A stretch of 42,611 nucleotides of DNA, taken from positions 1 through 42,611 of the forward strand of contig JAWLEP010000011.1 in the NCBI GenBank assembly GCA_041686025.1, read 5' to 3'. Shown piece by piece: positions 9,213 through 18,500 of this stretch; position 1 is the stretch's first letter, and every line of letters begins with the position of its first letter. Source of the DNA: Candidatus Fermentibacteraceae bacterium (GTDB lineage: Bacteria; Fermentibacterota; Fermentibacteria; Fermentibacterales; JCC-6). Position numbers and translations under genes: made by a program. Below the pieces are notes generated by a model that was not told the origin of the DNA, made no database searches, and was given only the letters and a program-made list of their open reading frames with translations.

Positions 9213-10880
9213 TCAGCGCACCACCGCGAACTTGCCCGTCCTCACCATGTCCCCCTGGGAGAACCTGTAGGAGTACACGCCGGAGGCAAGGTCCGGGGCC
9301 CCGGCGTACTCCAGCGTGGTCTCGCCCGAGGGAACGTCCGTGTACTCGGCTGTATCCACGTGGGTGCCCGCGGCGTCGAACACGGCGAAGGACGCCGGCA
9401 GGCCCGAGGACTGGAACTGTATGTAGAGCGAGCCGAAGCTGGGCACCGGGTAGACGGCCAGGCCCCCTCCCGAGACCACGGAGCCGGCGGAGACGTCGGC
9501 CGTCAGCGGCGCGAAGGCCCGGTCCAGCAGCATCACCGTCCCGGAGGAGACCAGGTCCAGGGCCACGTCGCCGGCCTCGCCGGAGGGCAGGGACTGAACC
9601 GTGCCCGCCGCCTCGTCGTAGAGGTAGCAGACCAGGTCTCCCAGCCCGCTGGTGGAGGCCCGGAAGCTGCCCTCTCCCTGGTCGGGCAGCCGGTAGTAGA
9701 GGCCGGAGTATCCGTTGAGCTCACGGCCCGGGTCCTGGAAGGGAAGGTCCTCCACCACGGCGGTGTAGTCCATCCCCGGCCGGTTGCCCTGCGAGCCCTG
9801 GTCGTAGTCGGCCATGCTGAAGGCCTCGTAGCCCCACCTGCCGTCGCCCACGGAGGTGTCGTCGATGAAGTTGGCCAGCATCCAGTCCTCCAGTATGTCC
9901 GGAAGCCTGGGCCTGGTGCCGGTGGCGGCCTCTATGGCGTCCTCCACCCCCGCAACCCCCTTGAGGGAGTTGTGAAGGCAGCCGTGGATGAAGTCGTCCC
10001 CGCCGTAGTTCTCGTAGAGGTAGGCGAAGAAGAGGTACCCGGCGCCGTAGCCGGCCACGAACCGGAGGTCGTCGGGGAAGGAGGTCCAGTTGATGGGGGT
10101 GACCCCGCCGGCCTCCAGGAAGGTCTCCACCTGGAAGGCGGGGTAGCCGCAGACGTAGGTGCCGGTCTGGGCCTCGTTCTCGATGACCCACAGCTCCTCT
10201 CCGGCGAAGGGCTCTATGCCCCACTGTATCAGGTGCACAAGCTCGTGGCTGGCGGTGTAGACCGCGTCGTAGGAGTCGCTGGGGTAGCAGTCCAGGTAGA
10301 GCATCTCGCACTCGTTGGAGTGGCCGCCGTAGAAGTTCCAGGCCTCCTCGTCGGTGAACATGTTGTAGGGCGAGAAGTAGCCGGCTATGTACACCTGCGG
10401 CTCTGTGGAGGTGGAGTCGAAGCCGTCCCGGATGTCCAGGACGAGGAAGTATACCCGGGGGTCACCGTCGATCACGTCGGGGATGTCTCCGATGATCCCC
10501 GCCTCGGTCTCCACGATGCCGCCCCCGCCCGAGGGCGTGCTGTCCTCCAGCGCCTCGGCCAGCTGGTCCACGGCGTCCTGGTCGTAGTGGACGCCCCACA
10601 TGTCGTCCTCCACGAAGACGTAGGTGTCCTCTCCCACGAAACGGCAGGTGGCGGGGAGCTTGTAGAACTCCGGGTACTGGCCGGTCTCGTCGCTGGCCCA
10701 GAACCATATCCTGTCCCCCACCTCGTGGGGGGAGTCCTTGGTGGCCAGCGGCCCGGTGGGCGCGTAGGAGGGGTCGTGGGTCCTGGTTATCTCCATCACC
10801 TGCGGGTCGGTGAAGGTGCCGTCGATGGGAAGGCCGTTCTCCGGCACCGCCGTCAGGGCGAGAAGCAGCAGGCCCAGCAT
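9213..10880 (-). CDS. Secreted zinc metallopeptidase (HEXXH, M30-like) with T9SS-type CTD
   Basis: Signal MLGLLLLALTA; DVIDGDPRVYFL, AGYF and SNECEMLYLD; HELVH with downstream W..E; CTD VYPVP...VFDAAG...LASGVYSYRF...KFAVVR. TGATG overlap at 10878-10882. Confidence 0.8.
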   Translation of the reverse strand: MLGLLLLALTAVPENGLPIDGTFTDPQVMEITRTHDPSYAPTGPLATKDSPHEVGDRIWFWASDETGQYPEFYKLPATCRFVGEDTYVFVEDDMWGVHYDQDAVDQLAEALEDSTPSGGGGIVETEAGIIGDIPDVIDGDPRVYFLVLDIRDGFDSTSTEPQVYIAGYFSPYNMFTDEEAWNFYGGHSNECEMLYLDCYPSDSYDAVYTASHELVHLIQWGIEPFAGEELWVIENEAQTGTYVCGYPAFQVETFLEAGGVTPINWTSFPDDLRFVAGYGAGYLFFAYLYENYGGDDFIHGCLHNSLKGVAGVEDAIEAATGTRPRLPDILEDWMLANFIDDTSVGDGRWGYEAFSMADYDQGSQGNRPGMDYTAVVEDLPFQDPGRELNGYSGLYYRLPDQGEGSFRASTSGLGDLVCYLYDEAAGTVQSLPSGEAGDVALDLVSSGTVMLLDRAFAPLTADVSAGSVVSGGGLAVYPVPSFGSLYIQFQSSGLPASFAVFDAAGTHVDTAEYTDVPSGETTLEYAGAPDLASGVYSYRFSQGDMVRTGKFAVVR

Positions 10881-11536
10881 CAGAACCTCACCCCCATGGT
10901 GAACTGCACCGCCGACAGGTCCCCGGTGCTGGGGAAGTCCATCTCGGTGTAGAGGCCGGGGGAGGTCATGTCGTCCAGCAGGGCGGCGTCTATGGCGCTC
11001 ACCGCCCTGTTCACCAGGGCGAAGCCGGCTATGTAGATGGCCCGCCGGCTCCAGTTCCGGCTGTCCTTCAGCCTCTCGTAGAAACGCTCCCGGGCCGCGT
11101 CGGAGGACCAGTCCCAGGAGTCGTCTCCGTAGCGGGCGTGCCGGTCGTAGTACTCCCTCTGGGCGTCGGGGTCGTCGGGGTAGTAGTACCTGGCCAGGCT
11201 GCGGATGTAGTCGTTGTACTCGTCGCTGGAGGAGAAGTCGGCCAGGTCGTCCAGGAACTCGGTGCCGCGGCCGTCGGCGTCCACGCCGGCTTCCGCCATG
11301 GCCAGGGAGACGTAGTCGTCGCGGTCCCAGGAGCCCTGCATCCAGGAGAGTCCGGCACCCAGCCAGGTGGCGGCCTCCACGCCCATGAAGACGTATCCCC
11401 GGGTGCCGTGGCCCAGTGAGTGCTGGCCCCACCCGGGAAGAAGGGCGGACTTCATCAGAGCCGTCCGGTTGGCGGGGACGGCCGCGGCAGCGGAGACCAA
11501 GGCCAGGATCACAAGCGGTACGGTGCGCGCTCTCAT
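10880..11536 (-). CDS. DUF5683-like exported/membrane protein
   Basis: Signal peptide, SALLPGWGQ motif, hydrophobic helix, SAIDA near the C-terminus, ends in F. Alternative start at TTG 11545. Confidence 0.65.
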   Translation of the reverse strand: MRARTVPLVILALVSAAAAVPANRTALMKSALLPGWGQHSLGHGTRGYVFMGVEAATWLGAGLSWMQGSWDRDDYVSLAMAEAGVDADGRGTEFLDDLADFSSSDEYNDYIRSLARYYYPDDPDAQREYYDRHARYGDDSWDWSSDAARERFYERLKDSRNWSRRAIYIAGFALVNRAVSAIDAALLDDMTSPGLYTEMDFPSTGDLSAVQFTMGVRF

Positions 11537-11545
11537 ATCACCCAA

Positions 11546-14377
11546 TCAGTTGACCACCGCGGCTTCGAAGAGCTCGGTCTCGGTGGTGCCGCCGTATCTG
11601 AGCTCAAGGCTCACGAAGTACACGCCGGGCGCAAGGTCTGCGGCGTCCCACTCCACCTCCCAGGGGAGGCCCCCGGGGGCGCTGCCGCGGAAGCGGTCCA
11701 CCAGCTGGCCGGCCACGCTGAACACCCGGATGGTGTAGTCGCTGTCGCGGCCGGGCTGGAAGCGTATGGTCCCGCTGCCCTGCTGCACGGGGTTGGGGTA
11801 GACGTAGAAGCTGCCCTCCGCCAGCCCACCCGAAGCGGCGGAGGCCTCCGGAAGCCTGTCGGGCCACCAGCAGCGCTCCCCGCCGCGGTCCCGGCCGGTG
11901 TGCCATCCCTGCGGGGAGAGGTCCGTCTCCCAGCAGCAGACGAAACCTCCGGCGTCGGCGGCCAGGACCTCCAGCGCGCCGTCACCGTCCAGGTCCCACA
12001 GCACCGGCCTGCCCAGAGGGCCGTCGCCGGTGGAGAGCGGAAAGGGCCAGTCCTGGGTGCCGTAGGCGTCCGGGGCCAGTATGCGTCCGTCACCCACGGC
12101 GAACAGGGCCAGGCCGCTCCCCCCCACTCCGGTGTTCGCCGGGTGGTGGCCGTACTCCACGCTGTCGCGCAGAAGGCACAGGGGCCAGTCGGACAGGGTG
12201 GACCCTGAGGCGGTCACCGCCGCGGCACCGCCCTCCACGTCCACCACCGTCTCCAGCCGGCCGTCGCCGTCGATGTCCGCGGGCCAGGGAGGCCCCTGGG
12301 CCGCCCCCGGGAGGGCCGCGGGGAACCCGGGCATCAGGCTGCCGTCGGCGGCGTAGGCGTACAGCTCGCCCCCCGATATCACCACGAGGTCGGTGCTGCC
12401 GTCCCGGTCGATGTCCGCGCAGTAGGGGGGGGACTCGATCTGCTGCCCCGGACGGACGGGCCAGCCCTCCGCCTGCTGGCCGTCGGGGCCCAGCAGCCTC
12501 ACCCTACCCTCGGCGGTGGCCACGGCCACTCCGTAGGGCTCCTCGGGCCAGACGGCCATTCCCGCCACCGGAGCGTCGAAGTCCCTGGGCCAGCCGTTGC
12601 GGTAGCCGCCCGAGACGTCCAGCAGGTGGACTCGCCAGTCCGAGGTGGAGACGGCGATCATCCCCAGCCTCTCGCTGAGCAGGGCCTGGACGGGCTCGGA
12701 GCCCAGCTGCACGGGCCAGCCGGCCGGCTGGGTTCCGTCCCAGCGGCGCAGCTGCACCTCCCCGTCCTCCCTGGCCAGAAGCAGGGCCTCCTCGCCGATG
12801 CCCGGGTCGCCGGCCCTGAGGTCGGCGTGGGCGTTGAGGCCCACGGGTACCGGATCGGTGGCGTCGGTGCGGAAGGCCCGGCTCACGCCGGCGGACTCGG
12901 TGAGGACCACCCGCAGCCCGTCGGGGGTCTCCCACAGCAGCGGCTCCTGGGACAGGGGATCGGCCTCCAGCGGCCAGCCGTCCTCGATCCAGGACCGGGA
13001 GACGGACACTTGCATCTCGTTGCCAGCAGGGTCCAGCACGTCCACGGTGACGCCGGTGTTCCCGCCCCAGCTGGTGACGCTGGCCGGCTCGGTCTGCGGT
13101 CCGAACAGCCAGGCGTAGCCTCCGCGGTACCAGGGGTCGTACTCGCTGCCCTCCACTCCGTATATGCTCGGCGGGGTGTAGTCGAAGTCCTGTATGCCGT
13201 CGGCCTCCTCGAGGTCCACGCCGCGGTGGGCGTCGTCGGCGTTGACGATGTTCGACGCCCGGGTGCGGGCGATCAGGCCCTGGTCGATGTGCCATACCAG
13301 CACCCCCGAGCCCGGAAGGCCCCAGTCCCTCTCGTCCTCGTCGTTCATGCCGTCGCCGTCGGGGTCGCGCTGGCGGTTCTCCAGCAGGAGGTACTCGGAC
13401 CCGGACAGGGGCACCTTGAGCACCGTGTCGGTGTAGGCGTGGGACAGCGTGACCTGCCCGGCGCCGGCCACCTCCCGGACCGGGGTCCAGCCCAGGTCCA
13501 CCCGGGACCAGGCGCAGGGGGCGGAGGGCCAGTAGCCGCTGTCCATCCATTGCCCGTAGCCCATCAGGCCCCAGCCGCCTATGCCCACGGTTCCGGTGTA
13601 GGTGTTGTAGAGGTCGGGCAGCCCCATCTGGTGGCCGAACTCGTGGCACAGGGTCCCCAGCACGCCGAACCCGTAGCCGTCCTGGGACTCGGTCTCCGGT
13701 ATGATGCTGCCGTTGGCCACCAGCACGCCGTCGTCGGTGGGAATGCCGCCGAAGTCGCTTCCGGCCCCCGGCAGGTAGTACTGCATGTCATACAGCCGTA
13801 CGAATATGGAGGAGATGTCCTTGGGGCTGTCGTAGAGGACGTCCGCCTCCTGGCCGGCCCCGGCGTGGGCCAGGACCACCGCGTCGAACTGCGAGTAGTC
13901 CACGTCGGCGTCCGCCGCCGTCACCCCGTCGTAGAAGAGCTGCACCGTCCAGCGCATCCAGTCCTCGTCCCGGCCGTAGTAGCCCATCTGGTGCGGAAGC
14001 GTATAGCTGTCCTCGAGCCCCTCCGGGAAGACCTCCCACTCGATGCTCAGCGCGCCGCCGCTGACCGCGTCGAAGTAGCCGGCCATGTCCGATGCGAGGC
14101 CGTTGAAGTACTCCCGGTCGTGGGGCTCGCTGGGAGAGAGGTCGAAGCGGCCGTTCCCGGTGGTGGAGTCGGTGAAATCCTCCAGGAACTGCACCCTGAT
14201 GAAGGCCACCCTCACCGTGGTGTCGGCCAGGCTGGATACGGCCTCGCCGGTGGCGGCGCTCACTATGGCCGGACCCTCCGCCGGACCCTCGTTGAGGGGA
14301 GGCATGGCGCCGGGCACCAGGGGCGCGGCGGCGTAGACCACCGTGCAGAGCAGGAGGGGGCCGAGGACCTGCCGCAT
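11546..14377 (-). CDS. M6-family (immune inhibitor A-like) metalloprotease with FG-GAP-like repeats and T9SS-type CTD
   Basis: HAGAGQE, HEFGHQMGLPDLY, WGLMGYG, EYLLLENRQ, GVLVWHID and GVDLEEADG; repeated GWP and DxDxDG motifs; CTD YVYPNP...VFSVAGQLV...LAPGVYFV. Confidence 0.9.
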   Translation of the reverse strand: MRQVLGPLLLCTVVYAAAPLVPGAMPPLNEGPAEGPAIVSAATGEAVSSLADTTVRVAFIRVQFLEDFTDSTTGNGRFDLSPSEPHDREYFNGLASDMAGYFDAVSGGALSIEWEVFPEGLEDSYTLPHQMGYYGRDEDWMRWTVQLFYDGVTAADADVDYSQFDAVVLAHAGAGQEADVLYDSPKDISSIFVRLYDMQYYLPGAGSDFGGIPTDDGVLVANGSIIPETESQDGYGFGVLGTLCHEFGHQMGLPDLYNTYTGTVGIGGWGLMGYGQWMDSGYWPSAPCAWSRVDLGWTPVREVAGAGQVTLSHAYTDTVLKVPLSGSEYLLLENRQRDPDGDGMNDEDERDWGLPGSGVLVWHIDQGLIARTRASNIVNADDAHRGVDLEEADGIQDFDYTPPSIYGVEGSEYDPWYRGGYAWLFGPQTEPASVTSWGGNTGVTVDVLDPAGNEMQVSVSRSWIEDGWPLEADPLSQEPLLWETPDGLRVVLTESAGVSRAFRTDATDPVPVGLNAHADLRAGDPGIGEEALLLAREDGEVQLRRWDGTQPAGWPVQLGSEPVQALLSERLGMIAVSTSDWRVHLLDVSGGYRNGWPRDFDAPVAGMAVWPEEPYGVAVATAEGRVRLLGPDGQQAEGWPVRPGQQIESPPYCADIDRDGSTDLVVISGGELYAYAADGSLMPGFPAALPGAAQGPPWPADIDGDGRLETVVDVEGGAAAVTASGSTLSDWPLCLLRDSVEYGHHPANTGVGGSGLALFAVGDGRILAPDAYGTQDWPFPLSTGDGPLGRPVLWDLDGDGALEVLAADAGGFVCCWETDLSPQGWHTGRDRGGERCWWPDRLPEASAASGGLAEGSFYVYPNPVQQGSGTIRFQPGRDSDYTIRVFSVAGQLVDRFRGSAPGGLPWEVEWDAADLAPGVYFVSLELRYGGTTETELFEAAVVN

Positions 14378-14378
14378 G

Positions 14379-15389
14379 TTAGAACGCTACCGACAGAGAG
14401 TATTTCTGGTTGTACTTTCCCTGGCTCTGCAGGCTGGACTCCACCGGTATGAAGGCCATGTCCAGCTGGAAGTTGGCGTAGCGGATGCCGGCTCCGAAGG
14501 TGGCGCCGGCGATGGTGGACTCGCCCTCGGTGTCGTGGCTGTATCCCATCCGCAGGCCTATCAGGTCGTAGTACCAGTACTCCGCCCCCATGCCCCACTT
14601 GTTCTCGCTGAACTCCTCGCTGAGGCCGTCCTCCACGCTGGTGAGCAGCTTGCTGTAGTCCGCCGCGATCCGCAGACGGCTGATCTGCTCGTCGAACGGC
14701 GTGTAGGCCATGCCGGCGCGTATGGTCCGGGGAAGGGGGTTGCCCTCGGACTGGCCGCCGTAGCTCATGTCCGGGCCCAGGTTGGACAGGGCCGCGCCCA
14801 GGGCGAAGTCGCCCCAGCTTCCCAGCCCCAGGTCGTCCATGGGGACCTGGTAGAGGACTCCGGCGTCGGCGGCGAAGGAGGTTCCCTTGCCCTCGTCCTC
14901 GTAGTACAGGTGGTCGTAGATGAACTTCAGGCCCACGCCCACTCCCACTCCGGGGGCCACCTCCGTACCGAAGGAGCCGGTGAAGGCCACTCCGTAGGTG
15001 TAGAAGGTGCCGATGGGGTCGGGATTGCCCTCTTCGGTCTCCTGCTGCTCTCCCATGGACATGAAGGTGATGTTGCCGCCCACGCCGCCCCAGCCCTCCA
15101 GCTGGCCCGCGTAGCCCAGGTACTCGAAGTAGAGGTCGTCGGCCAGCTGGCGGAGCCAGGGGGAGTGCTGGAAGTGTATCTCGTTCTTCTGCTTCACGAA
15201 AGCCAGTCCCGCCGGGTTCCAGTAGGAGGCTGTGGCGTCGTCGGCCACGGCCACGAACGCCTCGCCCATGCCGTTGGACCGGGCACCGGGGGTGATACTG
15301 AGCCATATGACGCTGGCGCTGGAGGCCGCCGCCGGGACTGCGGCTGCCAGTATCAGCGCAGCTGCCAAGATCTTCGCTGCTGGATTCAT
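14379..15389 (-). CDS. porV: PorV/PorQ-family outer membrane protein (T9SS shuttle, FadL-like barrel)
   Basis: WLSITPGARSNGMGEAFVAVADDATASYWNPAGLAF, HSPWL, LSNLGP..SY, GAEYWY..LRMGY and GAGIRY motifs; C-terminal F; directly downstream of PorU-like genes; SD AGGAGG before ATG 15389. Confidence 0.85.
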   Translation of the reverse strand: MNPAAKILAAALILAAAVPAAASSASVIWLSITPGARSNGMGEAFVAVADDATASYWNPAGLAFVKQKNEIHFQHSPWLRQLADDLYFEYLGYAGQLEGWGGVGGNITFMSMGEQQETEEGNPDPIGTFYTYGVAFTGSFGTEVAPGVGVGVGLKFIYDHLYYEDEGKGTSFAADAGVLYQVPMDDLGLGSWGDFALGAALSNLGPDMSYGGQSEGNPLPRTIRAGMAYTPFDEQISRLRIAADYSKLLTSVEDGLSEEFSENKWGMGAEYWYYDLIGLRMGYSHDTEGESTIAGATFGAGIRYANFQLDMAFIPVESSLQSQGKYNQKYSLSVAF

Positions 15390-15572
15390 GCTTGTGGTCC
15401 TCCTGCCAGTGTTTTCTTGCGGCGTATCAGCTGTGGGGAACCGAAAGCCCGCCTGCCAGAGGGCGATCCTCAGGGTCTGGCAATATATGAAGCGCCCGGT
15501 CCCGTGTCGTCTTTCTCGGTCTGTCCACGGTTGGAATATACCCTGCATCGCCCCCCCGGTTCCTCCGCCGGC

Positions 15573-18500
15573 CTAGCGGACCACGGCCAGCACGCCGGTG
15601 TGCTGCGAGGGTGCGCCCTCCAGAGCGTCGGCCTTCTCCGCCGCCAGCCGGTATATGTAGCTTCCGCTGGCCACCGGGTCGCCGTCGTTGTCGCGGCCGT
15701 CCCACCAGATCTGGTTGGACCCGGCGTGGCCGGGTATTCCCGACCGGGAGAGCACGCGCCTTCCCGACACCGTGTAGATCTCCAGCCGCACGTAGCCGGA
15801 GCCGGTCTGCGTCCAGTTCACGGATGCGCCTCCGGGGCAGGGATTGGGGTAGACGAACACGTTGCTCAGGCCCGTGTCCCCCGGATCCAGAACCGTGAAG
15901 CCCATCTCCTCGTAGGATATGTTGTTCAGCCCGTCCGCCGCCCGCAGCCTGAGGTCGTGCTCCCCCGCGGACAGACCGCTCAGGGGCACCTCCAGCCGGC
16001 CCGTGGTGGAGCTGCCCGGGAGGTAGTCGAAGTAGGCCGCCACCGCCTGGGGGCTGTCGTCCACGTAGAGCGTCAGCTGCCTGCCCGGCTCGGAGAGCAG
16101 GTTGATCCCCGAGCTGTCGGCCAGCTCGGCCACCACCACCACGTCGGAGCCCACCTCCGGGTGCCCGACCCCCCGGAAGCCCTGTATCCACATCTCCATG
16201 GAGGGGCCCGTGGTGTCGGAGGATGATGGAGACCCTATCCCCAGATTCTCGGGGTATAGCCATCCCAGGAAGCCGGGGCCGTCGGGGAGGAAGAGGTGGA
16301 CCCTGGCCCGGCTGCCGGTGTCGGCGTCCAGGGGAACGAACATCGAAAGCTCCAGGTCCCCGGCGGGCGAGCTTCCGCTGAAGAAGGCCCTGGCCGTGGA
16401 CACCCGGGAGAGGGGAAGCTGGTGGCGGAAGGGGGAGATGTAGGGGATGGTGTCGTACTCCACCGCGGTGACGTAGGTGTCCGGCTGGGCGGACTCGAAG
16501 GCCAGGACGGAGACCAGGCCGGACCCCGGGGCCTGCCCCTCCAGCGTGGAGGCCTCGCCGGTGAGGAGGTCCGAGAGGGTCAGCGGGCCCAGCTCCTCCG
16601 GGACCGCCGGCGTCAGCGTTCCGTCGCCGAAGAGGATGTACTGCCGGGTGGTGGACACGTAGCCGGTCTCCAGCTTCGCCTGCAGCAGGCAGAGGTCGAA
16701 GGGCAGCGGGTCCGGGGCCAGCATTCGCTCCACCTGGTTCATCAGCAGGTTGCGGTTGCCCGTGGACCCGGTCCCCCCCACGGCGCCGCAGCTCACCACG
16801 GAGCCGCCGTCGGCCACCGTTACGGTGGCCTGCGCGATGCAGCTCCGGTCGGGCTTGTAGAACTCCCCCACGTCGCAGGAGCCGAAGTAGGAGTATGGCA
16901 TTCGGCGTCCGCACTGCAGCAGGTCCACGTCCTCCAGGAAGAGGAAGCCCTCGTCGCATATCTGGTCGTGGGCCCCGTGGCCCAGGAATCCCACGATTAT
17001 GGCCCCCAGGTTCCACTGGTCGATGAAGTCCTGCCTGGCCTCCGGCTTGCGCCACTGCTCGTTCCAGTCGAAGAATACCTCGTAGCATTTCACGGGCAGG
17101 TAGCGGTGGGGCACGCTCTCGGTCATCACCCGCTCCATGTCCCTGGTGTGATAGAACTGGTGATAGGAGGGCCCGTCCGGGTAGCGCTCGTCGTCGGCGG
17201 CCCCGATGACCCGGCCCTGCCACTCCCCCGGCGCCCCTCCGGAGCGGTAGGCCTGGCTCTTCTCCACCACCACCGCCAGCTCCTGCGAGTCCAGGACGCA
17301 TATGCGGGACATGGCCACCTGGGGCGAGCCGGAGCCCTGGAGCTCGGCGAAGCGGTCGTCGTAGGGGTAGCCCTTCGTGGAGCCGTAGATCACCGGCACG
17401 TAGCAGGGCTCGTCGGTGCCGAAGCCCCGCATGTCGTAATGGCCCGAGCCCACCAGCACCACCTCCAGCGGCTGCGGGTCCCAGTTGCTCATGGCCCAGT
17501 CCAGGAAGACCCTGATGGCCTGGGGGTCGGCGGGGCCGCCGTTGAACTCCTGGTAGATCTCACGGGTGGTGACGAAGGCGGTGGATACCCCCGGCTCCTG
17601 CAGGGGCAATGCGCCGTCGCGGAAGTCCTCGTGGCAGATGAACACCCGCTCGGCGCCCTCCAGGGCGCCCACTATCCGTCCCGGGCTCCGCCTATCCACG
17701 GAGGCCGGGGCCAGGAGGTCGGAGCGGGAGGTTATCCACACCGACCTGCTGGTCCTTCTCTCGCCCACGTCCACCTCGAAGGAGGAGGGATGGGACGTGC
17801 CGACAAGGCTGGCGGTGGAGTCCCTCTCCACGAACAGGACGAGGGCGTCGTCCAGGTCTCCCTGCCAGGTGAAGCGCCTTCTGCCCTCCTCCATGTACCA
17901 CTCCAGGGGAAGGTGAAGCTGGCCCTGGGCGTGGCAGGCGGTCCAGGGATGGGCCTCGATCCAGTCCACGTAGAAGATGTCGTTCCCGCTCTCCCGCCAG
18001 ACCTTCACCGAGAGCTGGGAGGGCTGCGGCGAGAAGTTGGAGGCCGGGACCTCCAGTACCCGCCCGGGGCCTACCTCCAGGACGGTGTCCGCCAGCAGCT
18101 CTCCGTTGAGGTACACCTCGGTCCCCATCTCGTCCTGCGGGCCATCGACGTCGGCTACGAAACCCACCCGCAGGGTCCCGGGACCGGTGGCCCCCGGTGT
18201 CTGCAGGGTCTGTTCCAGCCAGGCCGGCTGGCTGCCGAAGACCTTGAACCAGGCCCACCAGCTGGGGGCGTCCTCGTTCAGCCAGAAGTACTCCTTCTCC
18301 AGGCGGATCCTGGCCGGGAAGGTATCGGGCATGGCGGGGGCGCCGGTGAGGCCGCCGTCCAGGGTGTCCATCCTGGCCCCGTCGTCCCCTCCCCAGGTGA
18401 GCCAGTAGCTGTTGCGGTGGTCCCAGCGGCTGGTGTAGTGGTCGGAGAATGTATTTCCGTCGGACTCCCACCAGGACAGACCGGTGCCGAAGAAGACCAG

